Below are positions 23,201-35,420 of a DNA stretch of 64,000 bases, in pieces. Under the pieces are notes generated by a model, which made no database searches, was not told the origin of the DNA, and saw nothing but the letters and a program-made list of their open reading frames with translations. Every line of letters begins with the position of its first letter. The first letter of the stretch is position 1. A program made the position numbers and the translations under genes. This DNA comes from Yuukianura sp. NJ FZ-2021 (taxonomy: Eukaryota): NCBI GenBank assembly GCA_046563655.1, contig CM102290.1, positions 3,224,001 to 3,288,000 on the forward strand, in the 5' to 3' direction.

Positions 23201-26200
23201 AAAACCAACAACAATAACTCCCAAAAACCTAAACTTTTTGGATTTTAAAAATAAGCTCTTCTCTTCTCAAATTCAAAATCGGAAATAGACCTAATCTGGA
23301 CAGTGTGAAACCTTTTTAAAGAAACTTATGAACCTCGTTCGTCTAAATTCCAACTGGAGCGCGTGGACTTTGATGCTCCTTGTAAGATTCAGTGCAATTT
23401 TGAACCACCCTCCTGGAGATCTCCTATTGACCGACTTGCAAAAAAATGTATAGCAACTGCAACTGCCATCCACCTCCCCAAAAACACCCACCCTCCCCTG
23501 GTTCATTCCTCCAGTAGAACTTTTTGGACGGAACCATGAAAGAGGTAATACATCAGAATCAGAAAGTAGACGGGAGCTCGCGCTTCTGCCGTTCCAGCGC
23601 ACGTTTTCAGGAATAGTGCAAGGATTTTTGCCAACTTTCGCCCACTCCCCCCGTGCATTGCATCGGTGCAGAAAACAGCAACTGAACTTTTCTCTATTTG
23701 CCATTTCTCAACACCACCTTCCTCTGCATGCTGCCTTGCTGCATTTACACTGCACTTTGAACTTCGCCAAATTCAAACGTCCCTGCCATTCTCCTTCAAA
23801 GCCCTCCCACCGCCCTGCTGCTTCCAGGCAACAGCGATCACCTACCCTAGCATTTCTCCTAACCACCTTACCAGTATTCAAGCATCCCTTCAAAAACATG
23901 GCCCTTCAAGGGCTCTCCTAAGTCCTAACATCCCTCACATAACCTAACCACATTCACCTAACGAATCCTTAGAACTTTTTGGGCAATTGTTAAGCTAATG
24001 TAACCTAACATTTAGAGGAAATCAAGGAAAGCTCTTGGCGTGCTTTGACTTCCCACTTTCACAAAAAAGTTCCCACTTCAAATACATCAGGAAATAGGAA
24101 ATGAAATGACCGAATTCATTACATGCAAAATCAAAGTTGGCGGAAAAAAAAACAATGTAAAAGCAAAGTTAGCGGTAGAAAAACGGAAGTCAGACAGACA
24201 CAAAGGCCTCTCGACATATGCCAAAATTTGCCTTCCAACTTAATTTAACAAACGTTCACAAATTCCAAATTTTAGGAAATTAGTTTTCTTCACCCTGATC
24301 AAGTTTCTGGAACAACAAAAAGTAGAAGCCTCCAGGGACTTTCTCCGGCACAACTTTCCAATCAAATTGAAAGTGAAAACCTTTCATCCCTGGCTATTCT
24401 AATTACTTTTCCAACACTTCACTTTCATTTTCTCCGTGGTTAAAACGCCTTTCATGACTCCTTTTATGCCCAGTACAGACTGGAGTCTTTGAATAACCTA
24501 ACCTGATGTTTACCTGGTTGTTCTAACGTAGATATATTTTACGTCCTCTTTTAATTTAACATGACCTGTCCACTTGGAAATTGAAAAGTGAAAGTGGCCA
24601 AAGGGGACAGAGAAGAAAGTCTCAATGGGATTTTGAAATCTAACTAGGTTGTGCATTTTACAGACCAATAGACAGTCTTGTCCTTTGTGGCTCGAAGGTT
24701 TAAAATTTTGAACAAAAGTACAGGAAATAATAAAAAGCATTTGAAACTCTGGGAAAGTGATGGAGAAAAGGACTTTCATGGTGGGTCTTAACCGCTCAAT
24801 TCTAATCCCCACTTTTAAATTCCTGGAAATCATTGAAAATTGAAAATTACCTCGATTGCTTCTTGTGTCTCCAAAAAACAATAGCTTAAAAACCACAGGA
24901 GGATTGTACATTGTACTCTTGAGTTATACTGGGAAAGTAAGGTTTGAAGTGGTCTTTTCAATAACTATCATCAAAGTAAAACTCAAATTTTCAAAATTTT
25001 CCAAAAAAAAATCTCAAAGGGAAGCACAATCCACAAAATCAGCAAAGGAAACCCAAGTATGTAATAATAATTGTTATACAAGTAAATTGCACAAAAAAAA
25101 ATTAAAATTTGGAAAACCACTAATACCACTAACCACTAACATGCATAAACGATTATTACTCGAAAAAGAACAAAGCAGGAACGAAAAATCCAAAAAGTGG
25201 GCACTTTCTCCCGAAAATGTATGAAAACCCGCCAAATTACATTCTGTATCGTGATAAATTCAATATTCAAAAAAGCAAATTCAAAGGAACCGGAACAGGA
25301 ATGTCATTTTTGAAAAAACCGAAGAAAAAATTATTCAAACTAATCGTAAGTTCATCGACCTCTGTAAAGAAAAAAACTCGTGCAGTTTTAAAAAAATTCG
25401 TTTTCCAGGAAGACGAGAATACTAAACGAATTCAACTTAACTCGAAAAGGCTCAACTATTTTCTTCTCTTTTTAAAAAACATTAATTTGAAATTGTTCTG
25501 AACTTTGCTCCTGCTGGCTAACACAAAATGGCGGAATGTGGTTGGCAGAAAGTCCGTTGCCTCTTTCCAAGAACTTTTTCATACAAATTAATAAACCGCT
25601 TGCACCACAATGCAGATTGTAACAAACCAAAATTACATTTCTAGTTTCTGCATCTACGTCACCACTAAACTGCTACACCGCTTTCTAGAATCATACGCCA
25701 TGGGCCACGACTTATCCGGATGCACAAAGTCAAAACGTGTTTAGAAAATTGCATTTTGGAAAGTGCAGCGGCCTAAAACCCCCTTATATTTTTCGAACAA
25801 GACAGTAACCGCAATAACTAATTGAAAATCAGTTTCTAGAATCCTTCGAAACTAGTGAACGCCCTTCACCCCTTCAACTCTAACCGAACATGTTTCAAAA
25901 ACTTGATATAATTCCCAAGGTGCACTTCATTTTTAAGAAAACGCTCAACCCCTAACGGGTAATATTGAGCAGCACGCCAATTTGATACAAGCAGAACCAG
26001 AAAATGGCTAATTTTTAGACAAAGTCTCTCCTTTCTCCTAAAAAATGTGTAAAAATCATAAAATCTTGCACGGGGAAAGCAAAAAGTAAAACATGGTTTG
26101 GTTACTAATTTACTGCAACGTGTAGAAAGTAATTCAAAATCAAAGCCTTTCTTTCTCTTTTCATTCTCTTCGTCTCAAGAAAATACATACCGAAATAAAG

Positions 26201-29200
26201 TTTTCCTTTGACAAAATCCTGAAAGCAAAAACTTTTTCTGTTTCCCTTTGTTAGCATCATTTTGTTAAGGAAAGATCCATCAAGGAGAGCAACAAACACA
26301 ACAATTGAAATCAAACTTCTAAAAGTCTATGTCTTACACAATGTTAACTAAAAGGATACCACGGAAATTAATACGATCGCACTTCGCACAAGGCAATGGC
26401 ATTTGAGTTTGTTCGCATAACACCATAACGTAACCTTCACTAGCAGCCTATCCCTATAGCACGTCACGTTACGAAGGATACAACACATTCGTTTTTTGAT
26501 ATTTTTTAACTAAAGTTTCAATTTCAGTAACTAAAAAATTTTTTTTACCAACCACCTACAATTCTTGCGAACTCCAAAAATGATTGGTTTTAAATTTTTC
26601 AATTTAAATTCGTCTCACTAATTTTTTTTTTTTTTTTTTTGGCATTTGAACTACAAAGAGAGCCCGAAGAAGTTTTCGGTCAGTCAATTCAAATTCGAAG
26701 TTGCAAAAATGCATTTTGCAATTCTTATTCTCATCCATTCACATTTTTGCACTCTTCAATTCACATCTTTTTTGAAAATCTTACTGCGCCTCATAAAAAT
26801 AATATGCGGCATGATTCATATTCCGTTTGGACTCATATTTTTTTCTCAAAACTTCGCCAATTTTTTATTCAATTTCAATTCAATCTACGTTCTACCACAA
26901 GTTATTTGGAACTGCGATTCATGAAAGTGGCAACGGCATGTCGCCACACGATTGCATTCAATTTACAAACCAAATTCAAGGCAAATATACGAAAGGTGTG
27001 AAAACAACATCTCCTCATCTTGTTTGAAGCCAGGAAGAGAAGATTGAACTTTTTTCAAAAAGAATCATGGCTACAACACACAAACGAGACACACGAGTGA
27101 TGGCGGGTTCTATGGTTACTTTCCAATTGTCTCCAACTACAAAGGCTAAAATGGGAGACAACGCTAGGCAACTGGCAAATTTATTCAGAAACCTCCTAAG
27201 CTAGACAAATTGAGCAACAAAGTACCGAGAAATGGTTTTTAAGTTTCTGCCGCAAACAAAACTCTTTTGAGCTTTTCAAAAAACTGTATATAAAACCATT
27301 TACCTCTCAATTCCAACTTTTTTTCTCAAAAAATTATGAACGTTATAACGTTTATGAAAAAACCAGAAAAGCGGAATGTCGCCCGCCTCCTCCAACTCCT
27401 CAACGCAAAACTTGAAAGGGGTTGCTGCCACGCGGCCAAATAATACCACAGAACGAAGCTCGTCGAGAAAAATGAAGGGAGTAACTAAATTGATATGCTT
27501 TTCTTGGACCTGCCCAACATCAATAACATTACACTTAAGGTATAAAGTTAGAATTATTGCGTTAAATATGCAACCTGCTTAGGCCTAACGTCTGTCACTC
27601 GTTTGTCATGCACAGGGAAACCATACACCGGCAAATGTGTACTTAGGAACTGTTGCAGAACTGTTTCCAGGTAATTATTATGTCTAATTAATCAACTATA
27701 ACTGCCAAAACGAAACGTTTTTTGTAACCTAACAATCGTTCTTCAGCCGTACTAATACGAAGGCGAGTGAAATGCACAGGTTACCTTATTTGCCGAAGTT
27801 CGACTTCCACGTTTTGGCATGATGAAGATGATCAAGACGTTGCGTTGTTTTAGCTAGTTGAAGATATTGAAAAACTAACCAATTTTCTGCAATCACGGTT
27901 AGTAGAGTCCGTAAAACTAATTTTCTTGTAAATATTAATAGTTTATCACCACAGTCTTATTAGTTCAAGTACTATCATGACAAGAATTAAGACATAGTGG
28001 GCGCTGCTTTCAATTATTCTAATTTCTTCAACATACACATTCCATAAGTTATCACGCAGTTGCCTTGTATGTGATGTTCATTTCGACATCACGAACAGCA
28101 CCAGAGGTCGCCAGCGGCCTCACTACAACCGAGTAACGACCATGCTTGGACACTCACCTTACCAAAAGTCGGCATCACTTTACAAAAAGTTAGTAAACCA
28201 AAAGTTAGCATCGGCCTCACCCATACTCGGCAACGTTTGAAAACGTTGTTCGAATGCTATTTCTAAGTATTCTACTTAACTTGGTTCGAAACCTGATTTT
28301 TGCAAAATCTGCCTATACTAATACAAGGGCTTTCATGAAAAGTTTTAGAAATTTTTGTTATAAAAACGAAAAGGACAAGAAATTCGTGAAGGGAAGGAAA
28401 TCAGTCTTTTTGGAAAGAAAAAAAAATTACAGAGAAGAAATTTTCTCAAACTTTCTCCTTTGCAAAAATTCTCATCCTTCCTTCCGCCTTTGTCCAACAT
28501 TAAAATAGAATTTTGTACATTTTCAAAAATTTTTTGAGCGGAGACTAAAAGTCAGACGGAGGACCATTTTTAAGAGAAGGATTTCAAAGTTTACGGGGAC
28601 AAAGTACCACTAAAAACTTTGTTCAAAATTGAATCTCCGAAGAGTTCCCGGATGCAAATATTTCGGAGGAACACGTCATTAACTGGTCCAGAAAAGTCAG
28701 TCAACCGAACACAACCATCAAAAGCAATTCCCATAAAACTCATTTTTACAGCTCTCTTTCCTGGAGTCCTTCATAAAAGAAAAACTTGAACAATTTCATG
28801 TATAACAACGTTAGTAATACTGGCAGCATTCACGTCAGTCTTAAAACTTCGCGTTTCTGCTCCAGAAATCCAAAAACCAACTAATACATCAAATTAAGGG
28901 ACATAAAGCATTTTAATACCCCTAAACGTTTTGTCTCAATCTCAAGTTTCCGCTTCTACCTTGATAAAGTAATGCTTGGCAAGTATCCTTGGTTATGAAT
29001 TCAGAATTGTTAGGTTAAAAGGCACTCTCAACTCTTAGGTAACTAAAAAAAAAAAACTTAATATCTACACGACGACGACACACTGTGCTCTGAGATGTTC
29101 AAAGTATCCATGGAGATGCTGGATACTTAAATCTTTACTTATTCATACCGCTAACTAGCAAGTATGGAACCAAAATCCTCGTAACTTTCCTCTTTACCAT

Positions 29201-29766
29201 GAAATTACACTGCCCCTGCCTCTTCTGGACGAGATGAATCGAGAGTTATGTATTTCCCAGTATACATCTACACAATTCCATCGCTTCCTCAAAGATTCCC
29301 TGTCATTATCCATTGATTACCAAGCCTAAAATCTTCAGCATCTTCAGAAGAAAGTGGAATCTAATCTTGGAAAGTTGATTGGAACAGCCAGGATGTTCAT
29401 CAATAGAAAGATGACACTAACAATAGCAAATCAGCTCCAACCAACCATGGTTTAGCAGAGCAAGATTGAGGAGGATCCTACCATTCCATTGATTTGTGCC
29501 AGAATTGAGACAATCCTGGACAGAAATGAAGTCTCAGAAAAATTTGAGAGAGAACAAAAGTTAAGCATAGGAAGTATCAAAGTTGGCACTAACTAGAAGC
29601 ATCCAGCATCCCGACAGAGTTCACACCAACAGTTAGGAACAGTACAAACTAAATCAAGATGGCAGCAAACTGCCTCCACAAAATGAAACCACCGAGGCGA
29701 ACCAGCACTCTCAGACTCAACCATTTCAAAAAACTTTTCGCAATTGAATTCAAAATTTTACCTTAC

Positions 29767-32700
29767 CTTTTTTTTGAAGAAGAGTTTTGAATCCTAAAGT
29801 TTCGGATGATGATGAAGATGATCTTCCAGTTGACGAAATTGAAAAACTAATAAGTTTTCGTAGAGCAAGATAACTTCTCGGCAGTAATTATTGTTACAGC
29901 GTTTTGTGCGCTTTCAGTCTTGAGTTCGTTCCAGTAATAAAATGGATCTGAAACAAAAACGAAATCCAAATTAATTTTGAACAAAAATTAAAACTTTTTA
30001 CTTAAAATTATAAAAGTTTTACGAAGATTCAAAGCTAACTTTGCTTCGTTTACCTGTCCTACTTCAGTGTAGACATAAAACAGACGACTACACCTAAAAT
30101 GTAACTTTCAAACTAAAATTCTGGCACGTTTTGTTACATATGACAAATAAGATCTTGGTTGCCCGTTAGTTATTAAACACACTCTTTTCTAAGGTTCGTT
30201 CACCTCGTGTCCCAAAAGTTAATTGATTAAAATTATTATTAACTATTAATATTAACTAAGTTTTCACTATTAAATTGTTCCAGGTGGTTTTTACAAAATA
30301 ATATTAATTTTTCTCTAAAAAGTCTTCCTTTTGCAATTTAGTGCAACTTTCGGCCTTGATCAAAATGCATGTAGATGTAGAAGGATAGGGTCAAAGACAC
30401 TAGGAAAAGGAGGCTTCAGAATTACTTTTGTCCAAGAACTGAAGTCTACTTAATTAAAATCTTATAACAAAGTAGTAACATGCTTCTCCAATCAACTGTG
30501 GGTAACTAAGTCACTCACTTGGAGACACTTCTGGCAGGTTTTAGGCTATTCCAGAAGTGTCTCTTAGTTAGTAGCATTATTCAGAAGTGCCGCATACCTA
30601 GAGACGCTTGACCTGGAACATCTTCCAGTTCCGTCTCTCCACAAATCAATTAAGGAATTCCTTCGCTACATAATCTTTTCCGGAATTCCCAATCTTTCCG
30701 GAAGAAGTTTCCGGAAGACTTCGGTTTTCTGCCTTTCTAAAGGTTCTCCCGCTTCTTTTCTGCCTACCAAAATATCGCTTATTCAAAGCCCAGATTTCAG
30801 CATAACGCTTAGCTACGTCTAAGAGTCTCCGATTGTAATTGATAATCAACTTCATCTTTTGATTTTTGATGAATTTTTGAAAAGTGAATTGAAATAATAC
30901 TAATCTGAACCTAAGCGGAATAATTTGATGAGGGTCATGAGTACCTTTAGATCAGAAGAGATGCACTTTAGCTTCGAGGTCACAGAACGACTAATGGTAA
31001 GAGACTAATGAATTATGGAGGTCAGTATCAGTAAGTTAAAAGTGGATGGAGGTACTGCCAAGAGCCCTTTTACAGCACCGCAGGGTACTCACTACAAATC
31101 TAATTTTAAAATTTAACCTTAAGGGAAGGAAGTGGGGAGGCTTAAGGAACAGTTTTTCATTTCAGGGGCCATTTACTTAAGAAACCTTATGTCCTTCCAA
31201 GAGTTACTCAAAAAAAAACTTTTGTTCATTGTTAAGACAAAAATATGACAGAATTTTTCCAATTCTCAAAATTTTAGAAAAAAACTATCCCAAGTCCTCT
31301 TAAACTCCTCAAGAGCACTTCGCAGCTTAACCATTTTTGTAGAATTGAATGAAACCAGACAAAGAAAAAATAGCCAGACGCTTCTTATGAATCAAATATG
31401 TTGATAATCAACTAAGACCTGAGCACTTTCTTTGATTTCCTTTGATTTTTGCTAATCATAGTCACCTGATGGATCAAGATCGATCGGAGAAGCAAGTGCA
31501 TAAGCAGGCGACTCGAAGTCACATGACTTATAATCGCTGCAATCGCTTTCTCATCTCGTCTGATCCAATCGCTGGACTAGAATGACGCAAAAACGCAAGG
31601 ACGTTACTACTATCTTACCACGAACAGCCAAAATATTCATTTGTTGTTTCAGCTCTTCGTCTTCATGGTAAGATAGTAGAAGAAACAAAGAAATTATTGT
31701 AGTAGAAAGCGCGCTTACTTGATTTGAGAGTGAGACCAACATAGGGACTGTGCCAAGTAGTGTAGTGATCGATCAACCAAGTAGTAAAATGCTTGAGCAG
31801 GATATTTTGTTATGCTTTCGTTTCACCATGTCCCCGGACGTTGCTTAATTTGAGTATCCTGAAATATTAAAGAAACATTAGATTACAAATTGTACATTCG
31901 ACAATGAAAACGAGATCTTAGGTAGGTTACCCAACATCTTCGGCAGTATGTATACACTCCAAAGTTCTATGACCTTTGCTTACCTTCAAACAGTTGAGGC
32001 ATATATCCACCACATAAGTTGTGTCTCGAGTCCTTAAGGGGTCACTACCACCACCAAGTACGCTACTCATCCAAGTTGGTCATGGTTTTTCTCTAAATTG
32101 AGACTGTTTTGATGAACTTTTCGAATAGTTTGAAACTGGTCCTTACGTCGCTATTCAATTGATCTTGAACAAGTCTTTAGGGTATGGCCAGGGACTTGGC
32201 GAGGTGAATTGGGATCCTGTGAGGCTACACTATAACGAAAAAACGAATAATGAAAGAACTGTGGTCCTTGTTTTGGTTGGATTTGGACTGAGGTATACCA
32301 GTAATGGTGGGACGTAGGAGAAACCGTATGTAAGGATGGGCCTCAGATCACAGCCACCAAATACAGATGGAGCAAGAGGCCAAACCAGAACTTTCTTCTT
32401 CCCGCTAAGTCCGGTGAGTCTTTGTTAGTGGTTTTTCAGTATTTTCCCTCCGGGGTAAAGCCGTTACAGGTCAATCTATAATCTACAGAAACATGAAGGA
32501 GTTAATCGTTTAAAATGATTATTGTGATTGATTAGCACTATAACATTCACTGTACTGGTGTTATAACACAATTTCTTACATCAAAGTCTGAGTCATAATG
32601 ATTCAGAATAATCTGTTTGCGTCGTCGTATACAACTCCATGAACTGAGCGTGCCTCCCTCCCACAGTCCGGCTTTTTGGATTTAGTACGAGGTTGGATCT

Positions 32701-33120
32701 TGCAGTGGAAGGATGCGTTTCAGGAACGGATCTGAAATAAAATATGAACAATACAATGGGTTACTATTACTAATAGCATAGGTGGACTAAATACCTACCT
32801 AGTAATCGTACGTCAGTGACTAAATGCCGTTTTGAACCTCCGTATTGATGTAAACGATAGCCTGTGTAAAGTTGCACTTGCGCAGTAGTAACACTAGAAT
32901 ATTACATAAACAGTCCTCACTGTTTCTCATTTCGACTAACTGTAGACTCCCATAAACGTTACCTTACCTTCCAGTTTCAATTCAAGATAAATGAAGCTCT
33001 CGTTATTCGAATTCTAGAGTATCGGATCGGCAAGTCGTGAAGTGACGAGACGACGACGACGGGATGACGGGAAGAGACCGGTGCGGTGTGTTGAAGTAGA
33101 CAGTTACACTACTTAACGCT
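29767..33120 (-). ncRNA. Putative spliced long non-coding transcript, or distal 5' UTR exons of the zinc-finger gene
   Basis: Exon-like blocks with canonical minus-strand splice sites (about 33120-32968, 32861-32799, 32731-32580, 29947-29767) and no long or recognisable ORF. Confidence 0.4.
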
Positions 33121-35420
33121 GACCCTTGACCCTTGAGCAGAAACGATGAAGAAATCGTGCCGATGAGAAGATAAAGGAGGTTATTAAAAGTGTTGACCTC
33201 GAAGGAGGATAAATTCTTAATAGGTTTGATAAATTAAAATCAAAAGAAAATCCTAACAAAGGAAAAACGGGCGGTTGTTTGGCGCGTATCACATGCCGTT
33301 TGTTTACGTTTTGAAAATTTAAATTTCGGAACAGTTCCTGCCGAACTCTCCGAATTAGGTGGCCAGCAGGATACTTAATTTGGTACCCAAGAAAAATAAC
33401 TTGCGATGACGAATTAACCATGAACTATACGAACAATAAACTAACAGTTGAAATTTTTATTAGAGTCCATTTTACTAATTCCTGTTTTCAATCTCCGTTT
33501 TACTTTTTTTTAACCTCGAAGCAGTTCTACTATGCATATTTTGCAATAAAATTTTCTGTTTTATTTTGCCATGTGTAATAACTGCGGTACCTATACAGGC
33601 TTAAACGTTGGTACCCCTCAAAATTTCAACTTTGAACACTCATAGCTATAGCCCATTGACGGAACTGGAAAATTCTGAACGGTTGATAAAATTCTTATAT
33701 TTTAGCGTACAATTTATTATAATGTACCTGAACCTTGCTGGATGAACGATATGCCGTAGTAATGGATACTAACGTAAGTTAAGTATTCGAAGATACAACT
33801 CCTCAAATAACCGTGGACTCAAACTTCGGTATCCTGGATACCTAACTTTGTATTTTCCACGGGTTACAAAATCAAGTATACTAACCAACCACCTAAATCG
33901 GGGAGCAGGGCAGGAACTGTCAAACGCAACTCGTTTCTGGCGTGGCGCCAAAATTTGAAAAAAACGACGCCCTTATCTTCTTTGTCTTTGCCTGAGAATT
34001 TGTTTGGCAATTCAATTAAAGTACAAGGTTAATACTTTAATTAGGAATCATTATTAACAATTACTTTTAATATTAAAACTAATCATAATCAAGTCATGTT
34101 ATTCATAGTTAACTAGTTAACTTTACTTTTCTTTGTAATTTGAGTTCATAAAGTTTAATGTTTCTGTCTTTCAACAACTTCCGCATATTGCATTTGCACT
34201 TCAACTTTCAAGTGGAAAGATATTTAGGATAACATTAGAAATGTGGATCAAGTTTGTAAATTATGATGAAACGGGTTTTAGACATGTCGCAGATTTGGTC
34301 GATAACGGGGCTCCAACTAGGTTACTGTGAATCCAATTGAGTCACCAGCACACTTCTTATTAAGCCTTAAGAGCTACATCACAATTACAGATTAATTGGC
34401 ATCATTTTTATCAGGATACCTCGGTACCCAGCTTGTCATTATCTACCCTACCCGTACAAACATCGTAAACTTTAAATTAACAGGTTGCAATTTCAACATT
34501 TTAAGAATTACATTATCAATTTTTAGTAAAACACGCAGTAAGATGAAAAAGATACTCAAAATAACCACTTTTAATATTCATCATCTCATCTCTTAAATTA
34601 AGAGTCTTAATTGAAGCGTTAATTTTCTAATTGGTGTTGTATTTTATTCCTAGGTTTCGTTATCATCTGGCCAGATCTGGTACAGTCTCTGCGGTTTCCG
34701 GGTCACGACATTTTCAACGTCCTTCCGCAAATACCGTAAATACTGATACCAAGTTTAGCACCCAAAGATCCAAGTGGGTGTGCGGAGATCAGCATACCTT
34801 TGGGTGACAGACATCCGAAACAAGGGCGGTAATCAGAATCCTCATTGACATCTCTAAACCTTTACCCCGTACCCCAATTTACTAAACTATATTTTGGAAG
34901 TTGTCATTTCCTCTTGAAACATCTTTATTTTTTGGTCCACTGCCACAGCCACAGCCACCCACACAAATTACTCATCATCTAACTAATCATCAGCACTTCT
35001 ATCTATGTCTGTCATGCAAGTAACTTCAGGACACTCCCTGACCTTCGAAGACAGCTAATTTATTTATCTGGATCAAACGGCATTTGCTAAAAGTCGGCGG
35101 ATGTAAGTACAACGTTTTTAAATTTATTGCATTAACTAGGCTTCTGACATTGTTTACGGTATTTTCGTTTGTTTGTTTTGTCATCTGCTTCTCCGTTCGG
35201 AACATCAAAGACAGTTGTTTCCTTTCCGTGTCGTGCTTCTCAAGTCTTCCGCTTCCGCTTTCTTCATCTCATCCGTATTACAAAGTTTGTATTTTTTTGC
35301 TTTAGAAAGAAAGTTCAAAGTTCAAAAACTGGCAGAAGTTACGAAGCAGCTGTTCGAACAGTACCTTTGATCAACGATCTCCGTTTGTCTAATCAACCAA
35401 GGGACCTGGACTTAAACCTG

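Noticed and set aside
20300..24010. Interstitial (TTAGG)n telomeric array
   Set aside because: The motifs are dispersed with at most two adjacent copies; reported as UAGG clusters instead.
29330..29690. Long near-open plus-strand frame suggesting a viral or retroelement relic
   Set aside because: Two internal stops and no recognisable motif.
29806..29951. C/D box snoRNA candidate (ATGATGA...CTGA); also a lone C box at 34263
   Set aside because: No canonical terminal stem, the CTGA is explained by a minus-strand acceptor, and the paralogous copy lacks a D box.
31119..31330. TTAA-flanked MITE candidate; also a possible old TA-flanked MITE at about 33590-33785
   Set aside because: Terminal inverted repeats are too degenerate to support a call.
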